A stretch of 64,000 bases of DNA. Source: Octopus vulgaris. Lineage: Eukaryota. The stretch spans positions 110,546,001 through 110,610,000 of the forward strand of contig OX597818.1 in assembly GCA_951406725.2 (NCBI GenBank), in the 5' to 3' direction. The translations under genes and the position numbers were made by a program. The notes beneath the pieces are model-generated. The model was not told where the DNA came from, did no database searches, and saw nothing but the letters and a program-made list of their open reading frames with translations. Shown here one piece after another: positions 25,712 to 38,790 of the stretch (its first letter is position 1; every line of letters starts with the position of its first letter).

Positions 25712-26029
25712 TATGAATACAGTAATATTACAACACGGTTTGGTTTCCGTGGCGCTAAATACAACATTTCTGACATGTAAAACTTGCCTGCACTCGGATA
25801 TTGATTTAACCCAGAGCTCTCGTTTCATGCTGTGAAAAAGAAGGCGGAAGGCTGTGAAATAAATAAATGGCGCCGATAATGCAATGAATAATGATGAAGT
25901 GGAGCAGAAAGTTCATTGTTCGAAAGAGGTTTTACGACGTTACACTCACTTAGCAAACATTTATGGTCCTTATATTCTCGGGTCATTCCATTCAACGTAT
26001 TTCCCACGGTAAGCAAAGGCGAAGCTGCG

Positions 26030-26187
26030 CCTGTATGGTAAGAAGCTTCCATTCCAACATCACGTTTCTGGGTTCAGTTCCACTGTGTAGCACCATGGGA
26101 AAGTGTCTATAGCCTCGGGCTGACCAAAGCCTTGTGAGGGGATTTGGTGGACGGAAACTGAAAGAAGCCCATCGTATATATACATAC

Positions 26188-26235
<48 letters not shown>

Positions 26236-26580
26236 ACACATACTCACACACACACACACACACACATATATGTGTGTATGTATGCATATATGTATGTATG
26301 TATGTATGTACGTATGAATGTGGGTGTATGTATGTGTGTGTGTGTGTGTCTGGGTGTGCATCTTTGTGTCTGTGTTTGTCCCCCACCACCGCTTGACAAC
26401 CTGTTTTCGTGTGTATAAGTCCCCGTAACTTAGCGGTTCGGCAAAACAAACCGATAAAATAAGTACCAGGCTTAAAAGGAAAATAATAACCGGGGTCGAT
26501 TCGTTTGCCTAAAAGGCGGTGCCCCAGCATGGCCGCAGTCTAAGGACTAAAACAAGTGAATGATAGAAGATAAAAGAAGA
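26030..26580 (+). mobile_element. SINE family A
   Basis: Colinear with the 10263 copy. Confidence 0.88.
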
Positions 26581-26716
26581 TAAGCGGGATTTGTTTGATA
26601 CAAACAGAAATAGCTTTACAGCTAAGTAACTTGATTCTTGAAGGCAAGTGAAGGACAAGAGAATGAATTTTAACCCTATCTCTATACAAAGATGAATATT
26701 ACAAGAGGTTTCAGAA

Positions 26717-27110
26717 GGCGGCGAGCTGGCAGAATCGTTAGCACGCCGGGCGAAATGCTTTGCGGTATTTCGTCTGCCGCTGCGTTCTGAGTTCAAATTC
26801 CGCCGAGGTCGACTTTGCCTTTCATCCTTTCGGGGTCGATGAAATAAGTACCAGTTACGCAATTGGGTCGATGTAACCGACTTAATCCGTTTGTCCTTGT
26901 TTGTCTCCTCTATGTTTAGCCCCCTAGTGGGTAATAAAGAAGTAGGTATTTCACCCGTCATTACGTTCTGAGTTCAAATTCCGCCGAGGTCGACTTTGCA
27001 ATTCATCTTTCTGGGTCGATAAAATAAGTACCAGTTGCGTACTGGGATCAATATAAACCACTGACTCCTTCCTCAAAAATTTCAGGCCTTGTACCTAGAG
27101 TAGAAAGGAA
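26717..27110 (+). mobile_element. SINE family B dimer
   Basis: Same two-unit structure as the 10966 copy. Confidence 0.9.
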
Positions 27111-27161
27111 TCGTTACCGTCTTTACGTTCCGTGTATACATCTTTATACACCCTTATATAT

Positions 27162-27214
<53 letters not shown>

Positions 27215-27710
27215 AGATTCTTTTAATCACTATATGTCCTTTAAAAGAGACGAACACAGCGAAAACATTAAACTACATAAGCTAACAAACTCGCAATATA
27301 CAATCATATCCTCCCACGATCAATTTCTTTCTGACCTATTGCAGACGTTAACGACTAACTTCACTGAATATCTAATCGTATTTTTTTCTTATTTCCATTC
27401 CAGTCACTCCATGTAATGGTATAAATAATGACAGTAATAAATTCCACGAGACTTCGAACAGAATAACGACTACTCTATGACAGAAGGAGAAAGAGGAAGA
27501 GAGCAGTTAGGGAAATCCAGGAAGTCATTTTAGCAGCCAGGACAAATCAGTAAACGCTCCGTTATTTTAATTCTATGCGCTCTTCAGTGACATCGACAGA
27601 CTTTAGTTTTCTGTTTTCACCTAACGCCGCAACCTACAGTTTCTCTAGGCACTGTTAGGTAATTCCGATTGAACAGTGATCCACTTGGAATTTTATATTT
27701 CTTCTCAAAT

Positions 27711-28190
27711 AGGCGCGAGTCTGGTGAGAAGTTTGCTTGCCAACCAGATTGGCTTAGCTACGTTGTATAAACCATATGATTGCGGGTTCCTGCCCACTGC
27801 GTGGCAATTTGAGCAAGTATCTTCTACTATAGCCTCAGGCTAACCAACGCCTTCTAAGTGCATTTGATAGACGGAAACTGAAAGAAGCCTGCTGTATATA
27901 TGTATATGTGTGTAGGTGAGTATGTGTGTGTGTGGACGGGTGTGTGTGTATGAGTGTACGTGTGTCTTTCCCTTTGATTTTGTCCCCCAAAACGGCTTGA
28001 CACCTGGTGTTTGTGTGTTTACATCCCCATAACTTAGCGGCTCAGCAAAAACGAACGACAGAATAAGTACGTGGCTTTAAAAACATAATTAAAGAGTATT
28101 GGGGTCGATTCATTCGAAGAAAAATTCTTCAGGGCTGTGCTTCTGCATGGCCGCAGTCTAATGACTGCAGCAAGTAAAAGATAAATAATA
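27711..28190 (+). mobile_element. SINE family A (diverged)
   Basis: Colinear with the 10263 copy. Confidence 0.82.
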
Positions 28191-28270
28191 AAAGAAATCT
28201 TAGATTCTTGTCAAGAGTGTTGTTTGTTTTTAAATTCCAGAATCTGAAGCGAAGAGAAAAGTGCAGCGAA

Positions 28271-28786
28271 CCCATTGCCTGCCACGAGCCCCATTTGGGG
28301 ATCTGCTAAAAACAGTCTCACTCCCGATTGTTTGTTGTATTCAAAGTGAATTGCTTATGTATATTGTATTTGCAGTGGTGTGTTTAACAATATTTAGTAG
28401 TTAAAGTTTGCCATTATTAGCTCTGGCTAATTCTGGAGGACATTTTATATAATAAATTGCAAATTTTGAACAACAAAAATATTGACCGCTTTGAAAACAT
28501 TTTTTTTTTTTTTTTGCATTTCCCATTTATATCATTCATTGATATCTCATACACATTCGCATTTGATACTATAGTTTCAAAAAAAAATGTTTATTATTGC
28601 AATTGAATACAAAAAGATAATTATTCTTTTTTTCAGTAATCCCCATTTGAGACTTTTGGAAACATTTATCATAATTTCCAAAATAATTCGCATATGAATA
28701 AAATTTAAATACTATATATTATTTTAACTCTTAAGTCACCTACCAAAGCCACAAAATACGAATTAAAAAATTTGGCAGTTAATGGG
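28271..28786. mobile_element. Possible non-autonomous piggyBac-like DNA element
   Basis: Imperfect TIR cccattgcctgcca / tggcagttaatggg with degenerate TTAA-like flanks (cgaa, ttta); AT-rich interior. Confidence 0.45.
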
Positions 28787-28837
28787 TTTATCACGAATAC
28801 ATAAACACTGTGTTGGCAGCTTTTTAACGAGTCTTAT

Positions 28838-29090
28838 TGGTTTCAAATTTTGGCACAAGGCCAGTAATATCGGGGAAGGGGCAAGTCGATTACATCCACC
28901 TCAGTGGTATCGACCTCAAAGGAATGAAACGCAGAGTTGACCGATTACATCCACCTCAGTGCTATCGACCTCAAAGGAATGAAACGCAGAGTTGACCGCG
29001 GTGGCATTTGAACTCAGAACATAAAATCGGAAGAAATGACGCTAAGCATTTTGTTCGGCGCGGTAACGCTTCATTCCGCTCATTGCCTTG
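28838..29090 (-). mobile_element. SINE family B with about 55-bp internal tandem duplication
   Basis: cgattacatccacctcagtg...gcagagttgacc occurs twice. Confidence 0.8.
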
Positions 29091-29296
29091 AAGAGTCTGT
29101 TAATATCGTTTTATGGTTATTTTAAACTTTTTTATGGCAAAATATTGGAATTGTGGTTTCTGTCCTTTTATTTTTGATTGAATTACGATCGCAGAGTGAG
29201 GAATCGCAATACTGCTAAGTTGTAGAAAAAAATCCAACTTGTCATAGTTTGAAATACGTTTGCTTGAATTTGAATTCCAACTGTAAAACTGTTTTG

Positions 29297-29380
<84 letters not shown>

Positions 29381-30739
29381 TTGTCTTTTTTTCCCTCCCA
29401 CCGATTCGGTAAGGTTTAGAGAAAATATTTCTCGTCCCTGTTGACGATTCATTAAAAACAAACATGCAAATGCCCAACAAGATCGAACTGAGGTCTCTGT
29501 ATCTGCACAGCCTACAGAAAATGTCCCTTGCATACAGGGAGAGACTTTTCGTTACAAGAAAAAATACAAATTTGTATTGAATTTAGGCGCAAAGTGAGTG
29601 GTTAATTAATACCATCGACACCCGTAAATGTTCATTTATTTCATCGCCCTCGGGTGGATGATAGACAAAATTGACTTTGATGGGTATTGGACTTCGTAAT
29701 TGATGGTATGGTAATGAAAACTCCCATTCATCGGGTTCCCCCGTTTGCAGATAGGGGAATGACTTCTAAATATACAGGTTAGCTGTATATCATGGGTTGC
29801 CTTTTGGCAAGGCATAGCAGCCGTGAACTATTATGCCAGGGTCACGGTGAAACCCTGAAGCCCTGAAAAGAGCGGAAATGTGGTAGGGAATGAAAGGCAA
29901 GGCATAAAAAATACTTTATCTTTGGATTTCTTCCCACTTCGCAGAACAAATACCACTTTATGAATCTTGGTCTGGGAAACCCGTCAGTTTGCCTAGAACT
30001 GCAATCGTCTGTAGGACCTGCGACGATAGACGAGAAATTAGCCATCGAAAAACATTCAGTGTCCTTTTAAGCTCGACCAGAGAATGATCACGTAAAGAAC
30101 TCGACACCTTTACAGAAAATACTCGAAAAAATCCAATTATTAAAAAAAGACTACTGAATAATTATGATAATGATAAATAGCTGTTGGCCCAAAAGCTAAG
30201 AGTTGAAACGAATGCTTAATAACTGTCATCTGAGGCTAGTTTGTAAATAACTATTTTTAAAATATAAAGATGCAAATATGCTACGAATATATAATATAGG
30301 GTTACTTCAGAAATATTATCGATTATTTTAATTTATTATACGTAATAATATCCAGCTCTGAATTCATACAGAATATATGTCACTGGGAATTATATGCTCT
30401 TTCTGTCAATATTGCAAAATTGACAAAATGTAACGCAGCTGGTTCAGACATACAGTGCCGACTGAATTTAAAAGTGACTTTGTCAGAATTTTATAGACCG
30501 CCTCATCACACTGACCTTCTTAACAGTATAATGAAGACGGGAGAATAGTAGACGTCTAAACATCGTAGACATTTTATTTATAGAGATCTCAAGATAATCT
30601 CTCGGTAAATGAGAAGAGAAGAGTTTCAATTCCAAAGAAGTGAAAATATGAAAAAAAAAAGTATGTTTTTAAGAAAACAAATTTGTTGGGAAATAGCAGA
30701 GTCAACCGAATGGATCATTTCTCTTCTATCTCTGGCTTG

Positions 30740-31155
30740 TTTTGTTTCAGTCATTAGATTGTGGCCATGCTGGGGCACTGCCTTGAACATTTACTGATCG
30801 AAGGAATCGATCCCCAGCACTTATTGTTTTTTTTTGCTTTTGTTTTTTGTAAAGCGTGGTACTTATTCTGTAGATCATTTTAGCCGATGCCCTAAGTTAT
30901 GGGGACGTAAACACACCAACCCTGGTCGTCAAGCAGTGGCGGGGAAAAATACAGACAAAAAGATATACACATATAGAAAAATATACATATACGACGGATT
31001 TCTTTCAGTTTCAGTCTACCAAACCAACTTCCAAGGTTTTGGTCGGTCCATGGCTATAATAGAAAACACTGGCCGAAGGCATCACGCGGTGGGACTTAAC
31101 CTGGAAGCATATAGGTGAGAAGCAAACTTCTTACCACACAATCACTTCTGAACCT
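30740..31155 (-). mobile_element. SINE family A
   Basis: Reverse complement of the family pattern. Confidence 0.82.
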
Positions 31156-31273
31156 GAAAAAGCAAAATTGATCTGAAAGAGGTTAAATGTCAGAAGGACA
31201 GATTTAAAAATTAAATGAATTTCAACAGATTATTTCTCTGTCATCAAGTTTTCTTTACTCAATGTCTCAAGAA

Positions 31274-31395
31274 ACTTTGCCTTTCATCCTTTCGGGGGTC
31301 GATAAATTAAGTAACAGTAGAACACAGAGGTCGATGGAATCGGCTCGTTTCCTCCCTCCAAATTGCTGGTCTTGTGTCAGAATTTGAAACCATTA
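31274..31395 (+). mobile_element. SINE family B 3' fragment
   Basis: actttgcctttcatcctttcgggggtcgataaattaagta. Confidence 0.78.
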
Positions 31396-31949
31396 TTTAC
31401 TGCAGGAAGCAGCATCGTTCCGACGCCATTGAGAAAAAGAAAACCTTTCCCCTATGCTGCGAGAAACCGAGATACTCTCAATGAGAATTTTTGCAGAAGA
31501 CATTTTGCGGAGTTTTCTTAATGTTTTCACATATCTCCTCAAATCACTCTTTACAAAACAGGAATCAAATACTTCTAGTCGTTGATATGAAAGCTATACC
31601 AACAATAATATAATTATTGAAGGAGCCGAAAATATTAATTCTATCATTTGGTAGATAATTAGCATCATTACTAGAATGCCCATGAAATCTAATTACAGAG
31701 TCAAAGGATTAAAGAAAATCTTTAAGCATTAATGTGTTTCAATATTGACCAGCAGATCGAGACAGCATCGAGTCTTGGATCTCGTAGCTATCCTATCTGG
31801 CAATTGTTAAAGAATAAGAAATATTCCACAAAGAAAAAACCGTAAACAAGAATAATTAAATCGAATATTTATTTATAGAGAGACTTAATTATAATGAAAT
31901 CCCACAAAATTGGGCACATACTAAACTCTTTCAATAAATGTATCACAGC

Positions 31950-32145
31950 GAAGCCGGCAAGCTGGCAGAAGTGTTAGCACGCAGAGCGTCTGTCTTTACG
32001 TTCTAAGTTCAAATACCACCGAGGTCGACTTTGCCTTTCATCCTTTCGGGGTCGATAAATTAAGTACCACTTGTGTACTGGGGTCAATCTAATCGACTGG
32101 CCCCTCCCCAAAATTTCAGGCCTTGTGCCTAGAATAGAAAAAAAA
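31950..32145 (+). mobile_element. SINE family B
   Basis: Colinear with other B copies. Confidence 0.85.
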
Positions 32146-32154
32146 TAATTGTGT

Positions 32155-32525
32155 CACAGGCATGGCTGTGTGGTAAGAAGTTTGCTTTCCAACCACATGG
32201 TTTCAGGTTCAGTCCCATTGTGCGGAACCTTGAGCAATTGTTTTCTAATATATCCACGGGCCGACCAAAGCATTGTGAGTGGTTTTGATAGATGGAAATT
32301 CAAAGCAGACCGCCGTGTATGTTTATATTTGTGTGTGTGTTTATGTGTCTTTCTCTTTGCGTTTGTTCCCCACCACCACTTTACAACCGGTGTTGGTGTT
32401 CACGTCCTCATAAGTTACCTGTTTGGCAAAAGAGTCTAATAAAATAAGTAGGAGGCTTTACAAAATGTCGGTAGTGGTGCCAATTGCTCAAAGTGGTGCC
32501 CCAGCATGACCGCAGATTGATGACA
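32155..32525 (+). mobile_element. SINE family A
   Basis: Colinear with the 10263 copy. Confidence 0.82.
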
Positions 32526-32585
32526 CGAATATTATTGATAAGGACTTTGAATTTTCGACCAGCTAAGTCTATATATATATATATA

Positions 32586-33830
32586 CAGGATGTCCCAAAA
32601 AAATGTATACACACTTTAGCAGCTGATAACTCAATTGATATTTTTTCTTTCCAGATGAAACCTATAGGATTTAATGATAGCAGTCAGATTAAGCTTTGAA
32701 CAAAGAAAATTCATTCTAAAATGATACTGGAAGTGTGAAAATGCAGTTGAAGTGCAAAAACAGTTGGGGAGGGAGTTTCAAACAGATCCACCAATGCAAC
32801 TCTCTATCACTTGAATTAGAGATAAATTTGAAGCTGATGGAACTGTTCAGAATGTCCACGATAAGCATTCCAGAAGACCCTGAACATCAACAGCCCCAAC
32901 AAAGCAAGGAGTACTGGAAATGAATCACCAAAGTCCAAGAAAATCTGTGCGGCAAAGCGAGTCATGAGGTAGGTATTCCAAAATCATCTGTCCAATGCAT
33001 TTTGAAGCATTGTCAATGGAAAAGTTACATTCCAAGATTAGTCCATGCTATTAATGATGATGATCCAGACGAAAGAAAGCAGCATTGCGAGTGGTACTTG
33101 GAACGATGTGTAGAAGCTGCACACTTTCCAACAAAGATTGTGTGGAGTGATGAAGCCACATTCAGATTAAATGGTTCAATTAACTGCCACAATTGCACCT
33201 ACTGGGGTCCTGAGAATCTGCATGTTATGGTGAAACACCATGTTAATTTGATATTTGTGTGGTGTGGTTTGTCATCAAGAGGATTAATTGGACCATTCTT
33301 TTGTTATGCTACTGTGACTGGTCCCGTTTACTTGAACTTGTTGTAACAGTCTGTTATGCCAAGCATTAGAGAAGACTTTGAAGATGAGGAGTTTTATTTT
33401 CAGCAAGATGGGGCACCCCCACACTACCATTGCTATGTTAGATCCTTCCTTGATGAGATCTTGCTAAACAGGTGGATTGGATGAAGAGGTATGGTTGAAT
33501 TCACCAGACCTCACACCACTAGACTTTTTTATGGGGATACCTTAAAGACAAATTCTACGCTGTGAAACCTACAAGTCGCTGATTTGAGAGCAGCCATTGG
33601 ACGAGAGTGCACACAAATACCAAACAAATTCTTTTGTGATATTTGTGATTCCATTCCTTTGCGTTGTCAGCAGTGCCTGGACCAGACCGGACATCAGTTT
33701 GAAAGCAGGCATTGACAAAACAATAAAATAATGTCTGTAGATTCTATTAAATTTTGAAAATGAAGTGTCTTTTAATAAACAACTACTTTACAATTGTTTA
33801 AAGTGTGTATACATTTTTTGAGACACCCTG
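32586..33830 (+). mobile_element. Full-length degenerate Tc1/mariner transposon, rosa/DD41D-like
   Basis: TIRs caggatgtcccaaaaaaatgtatacacacttta / taaagtgtgtatacattttttgagacaccctg with TA flanks. Transposase motifs [47 protein letters not shown], broken by stops and frameshifts. Confidence 0.92.
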
Positions 33831-35169
33831 TATATAGCATTCTGCTAAGAATTCACAACAGCCTCGAACCCACAGGAATAAACAATACAGAGAGACAGAA
33901 ACAATGAAAATGCCTCTTGTATTTGAATACTATGCAAATATTCTTTTAAAAAACTTTTCATTTAATTTTTCCAAAATTTGTTTTTCCATACTTGGATTTG
34001 AAAAAAGTCTCAATGACCGAAACTGGTACTAAAATGTTTTCTATAAAATTATTTTAACATTTTCAACCTTGACTTTTTTCCACATATATATATATATATA
34101 TACACACACACTTTTCAAGAAATCCAAAATGGTGTGATTCCTTTGTCTCAAGGAATCATTTCACAATGTCCCTTGAAAAGCTAATTTAAATAGTAAAAAC
34201 CGGTTGGATATCACTACATTTTATGAGACTTTTACCACCCATAAAATATGTATATATATTTTTTTTATAAAAAGATATTAGAACTATGCGAAATGAAGGC
34301 GTTTCTCTTCCCCTTTTTATCTGTTTTATAAATATTTCCACTTCCCTATATATGTATGTATGTGTGTATGTATGTATGTATGTATGTATTGTCTATAACC
34401 GTTAATCCAGGCACGCTTTTTTTTAAATTCTAGCTTTTTACCCTCTCTCCGTCTGTTTTCTTTCTTCATTCCTTTTCGTAGAAGAGCCCAGGTTCGAAAC
34501 GTCAACGACTCCCATTTTTCCTGAGCGCCTAACTAATACATTTTGTTTGTTGTTTCTCACTTGTCTCTTTTCTTTTGTTTTTTTTTTGTATTTTGTATAA
34601 TTTTGAACCATACGTGCATGTGTGTGTGTGTGCGTATGTGTGTGAGTGTGTGTATATGTGTGTGAGTGCCTGTGTGTGTGAGTGTGTCCATATGTGCGTG
34701 TGTATGCGCGTGTGAATGGGTGTGAGCGAGTGTGTGCGCATGTGCGTGTGTGAGTGTGTGTGTTTGCATGTGCGTGCGTACGTGCGTATGCGTATGTGTG
34801 CGTGTGAGTGTGTATGTGTGAGTGCGTGTGTGTGTGTGCGTGTGTATGTGCGTGTGTATATGTGTGCGTGTGTGTGCATGTTTTATGTATAGCTATAGAA
34901 AGCAGCCAAACATTAATTCAAGAAGGTAATGTTGTAACATTTAGGTGGAGGATCAAATTTAATTCTGAAGCGAAAAGGTTGATAATCGTGGCTTTCACCA
35001 TAGAGGCAGGCTAATATAATGCAACGCTAATGTGAATTGTAATGGCTTATCCAAAATAAATGAAAGTTAGACACAGTATTTTGTAAGCCCGCCTTTATCA
35101 CAAACATTACAGCTTTCACCTGATTAGTGATGGATCTGATTCAATTATCAATAACCGACTGATCCATTC

Positions 35170-35520
35170 TTATCCATTCTTCCGTTAATGCTACTTCCAG
35201 TTTTATAATTGATGTAATTTTCCCTGATTTTGCTCACAACCTTCTTTCAAGATGATCCATACATGCATTCTATTGGATTAAGATCGAGGCTTTGAGTACA
35301 CCATTTAATTCGATTCCTTGAGTTCATTTTCAAGCCTGTGAGACCTTTGTTTCTAAGACAGGATTCAATCTTCATGAAAAGGATCGCTTTTTTATATTAT
35401 CGTTTCCTACATGGAATAGATGGGTTATCGATTTTTACAAGTTGTTGACAGTATTTAGGGACCCTTTAAATGATTTCCAACAAAAATCAATTCTTATCTG
35501 CCTATCACCTAATCTGTCGC
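35170..35520 (-). mobile_element. Highly decayed Tc1-like transposase relic
   Basis: Minus strand WCTQSLDLNPIEC resembles WPxQSPDLNPIE. Confidence 0.5.
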
Positions 35521-35633
35521 CCATAAACTACCTCCAACTTCCTGCATTTTGTTCTTCCTTGCAAATAATCCGGTTTTTATGACTCGGATTAGTTATGATA
35601 CATCTACCACTGTGTCGACCAGACCACGAAATG

Positions 35634-35990
35634 CTATTGTACACCATTTGCAACATGTCTGGCCAAACGGAACTTGTGCTTTCTGTATTCTGAAATCGCA
35701 TCCTTCACTCTGCTCCGTTCTCGAACAATCTCGTTTCGAATTTGCTCTCGTAATAACATTTCAAGCATGGACGTTTCTTTGGCCCTTTGCGTCGCAGCCA
35801 ATCGATGTTCTATCCTCTTTGTAGTAGTCCATATCTCACTTGCATATAAGAACACAGGTGGGATGGTGCTATTGAAGAATCTGGCACATTTGGCATTGTC
35901 TAGCTTTGTTTGGAGCACATCCTTTACTGAGTTAAATGCCTTCCATCCGACCCATATTCTTTTTGAGATTTCTGTATCTCTGCATCTCAA
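35634..35990 (-). mobile_element. Older RTE LINE fragment related to the 5178-6078 element
   Basis: EISKRIWVGWKAFNSVKDVL...LYASEIWTTTKR...AATQRA aligns by eye with EISRRVRAGWKAFNGIRDVL...LYGSETWATTKR. Confidence 0.85.
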
Positions 35991-36383
35991 CTTCCGTCTT
36001 CAATGCCTTTTCTTTTCAGAACCTTCCTGACGCCTCACATATTTCTTCTTTATAAGGCAATACCCTTCTTCAATATCCTTCTTCAATACTCTTCTTCAGT
36101 GCACCTTTAGTCAATGCTGTTCACGTCTCGATATATCAATCCCGAAACAATGGCTTGTTCCTCGCTTGGATAGTCCACATTAATATCAGCCAATCACTCG
36201 CTTGTGTTAAATTCATCGATCTCTCTTTTTTCCTCAATGGTTTTCATTGTTTGACTTTATCAACTTAAAGTTCCAATTAATACGGCAGCACAATTAAATC
36301 CAAATATGTACCTGCTGAGAAGGGATAATAAACCCAGTTATGAAATACCGGGAAATAACGTGATGACCACTGTATATATAAAT

Positions 36384-36419
<36 letters not shown>

Positions 36420-36861
36420 GCACACACACAGAATGGTCACGACTGGAATGTAATTGGTCAAAGGTCGCTTCGATAAGGACAGGCTTGAACTAAACACCAA
36501 CCAACTCATGCACTGCACATACTTATATAGACTTGGGCACTTATACACACATACGCACACACGAGCGTGCACACACACACACTCACTCATACACACACAC
36601 ACACGTACACATGAGCGCGCACACACACACACACACATACACAAACATATACATGTACGTGTACATATATACTAGGCACCACATTCTACAATGCTCACAC
36701 ACGTACCATTCAAACACAAACAGAAAGAGGCACAGACTCTGTATTTAACCATAAACATAACCGGATATATTCCCCATAGTTAGTATAACTAACTAGTATT
36801 ACCTAGCATTACTAACTGGTACTCAGTCGGTTATTAAGTCGAGGATTCCCGTTTCTCCAAC

Positions 36862-37120
36862 CAACGAAACAGCCTGCTCATGAAATTAACGTTCAGGTGG
36901 TTGAGTACTCCACAGACACTCGTAACCCTTAATGTTGTTCTCGGGAAAAATCAGTGTGACACAAAGGAATGTGATCAGGTTGTCCCTTTCAGTTACAGAC
37001 ACTACTCACGTTTGTCAGCTGAGTGGTATGGAGCGACGTGGAATAAAGTGTATTGCTCAAGGACACAACACGCCGCCAGGGGGCTTCAACCGAATGCCGT
37101 AGCCACTAAACCACGCGCCT
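36862..37120 (-). mobile_element. SINE family C (diverged)
   Basis: aacagcctgctcatgaaattaacgt..gtggttgagtactccacagacac is shared with the 63207 copy. Confidence 0.78.
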
Positions 37121-37309
37121 TCGAACCAACTACGTACTCCATACTATACTTCGTACATACGCACACATAATGGCATGTGCACATATATATATACACACAC
37201 CTTACTACCTACATCCATCCGTACTTGTATGCAGACATACACGAATGTTGTATGTTTAGTAATCCAAGAACAAAGAAAGGGTATCCACAGAACACCAAAT
37301 CGACAAGGG

Positions 37310-37345
<36 letters not shown>

Positions 37346-37790
37346 TGAAACAAGCAAGGAAGGAAAAACAGGAAGGAAGGAAGGAAGGAAAATAATAAGA
37401 AAAATGAAAGAAAGACAAAGAAGGAAAGAAAAATGAAAGAAAGAGACGAAGGAAGGAAAGAAAAAAGAGGCGGAGGAAGGAAAGAAAAAAGAAAAATAAA
37501 AGAAGGAAGGGAAAAAAAGAAAATGAAAGAAAGAGACGAAGGAAGGAAAGTAAAAAGTAAAAGGAAAGAAAGAGACGAGGGAAAAGAAAAGATTGAAAAA
37601 TGAAAGAAAGAGACTCAGGAATGAAAGAAAGATAGCAAAATGAAAGCAACGAAGCAAGGAAAAGAAAAAGAAAAATGAAAGAGACAAAGGAAGGAAAGAA
37701 AAAAGAAAAACGAAAGAGACAAAGGAAGGAAAGAAAAAAGAGAATTGAAGATCGATACAATGGATGAAGAAAAGAAAAGAGAAAGGGAGA
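37310..37790. repeat. Purine-rich (GAAA/GGAA) low-complexity tract
   Basis: Almost exclusively A/G on the plus strand. Confidence 0.9.
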
Positions 37791-37977
37791 AGCCTTGGTT
37801 CGATCCTTGAGCAAGTCATCATAGGCAAGGGTCGTCTACTAAGCAACAACCCAATATATCGATTATGTCCTACATTTATTGGTTATGAAATCAATAGCTT
37901 AAAAGCAAACTGTATATGCACAGTTCTTTGCAATGTGGAATGATAATGGCCGGGAATAAATATGAAGAAAATATTTC

Positions 37978-38108
37978 GTGGCTGTGTGGTAAGAAAGTTG
38001 CTTCCAAACACAACCACCCGGTTCCGGGTTCAGTCCCACTTCTTGGCACCTTGCTATAAGCTCGAGCTGACCAAAGTGCTGACGGAAATTGAAAGAAAAA
38101 TCGTCGTA
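37978..38108 (+). mobile_element. SINE family A 5' fragment
   Basis: gtggctgtgtggtaag...ccgggttcagtcccact. Confidence 0.78.
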
Positions 38109-38261
38109 GCATACATACATACGTGTAAATAAAAGAGACAGAGACAGGCAGGAACAATGAAAATGCTCCTTGTATTTGAACACTATGTAAATATTCTTTT
38201 AAAAAACTTTTCATTTAACTTTTCCAAAATTTGTTTTATACACTTACAGTTGTGGCAGAAG

Positions 38262-38446
38262 TATGAAGGAAGAGTGAGAGAAAGTTGTGGTGAAAGAGTA
38301 CAGCGGATTTCACCACCACCTACCGGAGCCTCGTGGAGCTTAGGTGTTTTTGCTCAATGAACACTCACAATGCCCGTTCTGGGAATCGAAACCGCGTTCT
38401 TACGACCGCGAGTCCGCTGCCCTAACAACTGGGCCATTGCGCCTCC
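38262..38446 (-). mobile_element. SINE family C 5' half
   Basis: Reverse complement of about 63207-63380; tRNA-like head. Confidence 0.85.
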
Positions 38447-38619
38447 TGTTGTTGTTGTATGTTGGTGGATTGAGAGAATGTTTCGGGCTATTTATAGGCT
38501 GTTACTAAAAACGATTGGAACCCTTGCGATTGGAGCATTCGACGTAGAAAGTTCATACGTGAAGGAAGGAGTTTTGAAGAAAATATAAGTTTTGAGAATA
38601 AACTTTACAGACGTAAACG

Positions 38620-38790
38620 TGGTAAGAAGTTTGCTTCTCAACCTAATGGTTCCGGGTTCAGTCCCGCTGCGTGGCACTTTGAGCAAATGTTTTCTACCAT
38701 AGTCTCTGGCCGACTAAAACATTGTGGGTGGATTTGGTAGACGGAAACTGAAAGAAGCCTGTCGTATATTCGTATATTTGTGTGTGTGTA
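38620..38790 (+). mobile_element. SINE family A 5' half
   Basis: Family head and body up to the internal microsatellite. Confidence 0.82.

Noticed and set aside
34475-34510. AAGAGcc..ttcGAAACGTC hairpin (similar motif on the minus strand near 54240-54265)
   Set aside because: A stem II-GAAA is present but there is no CUGA box in either instance.
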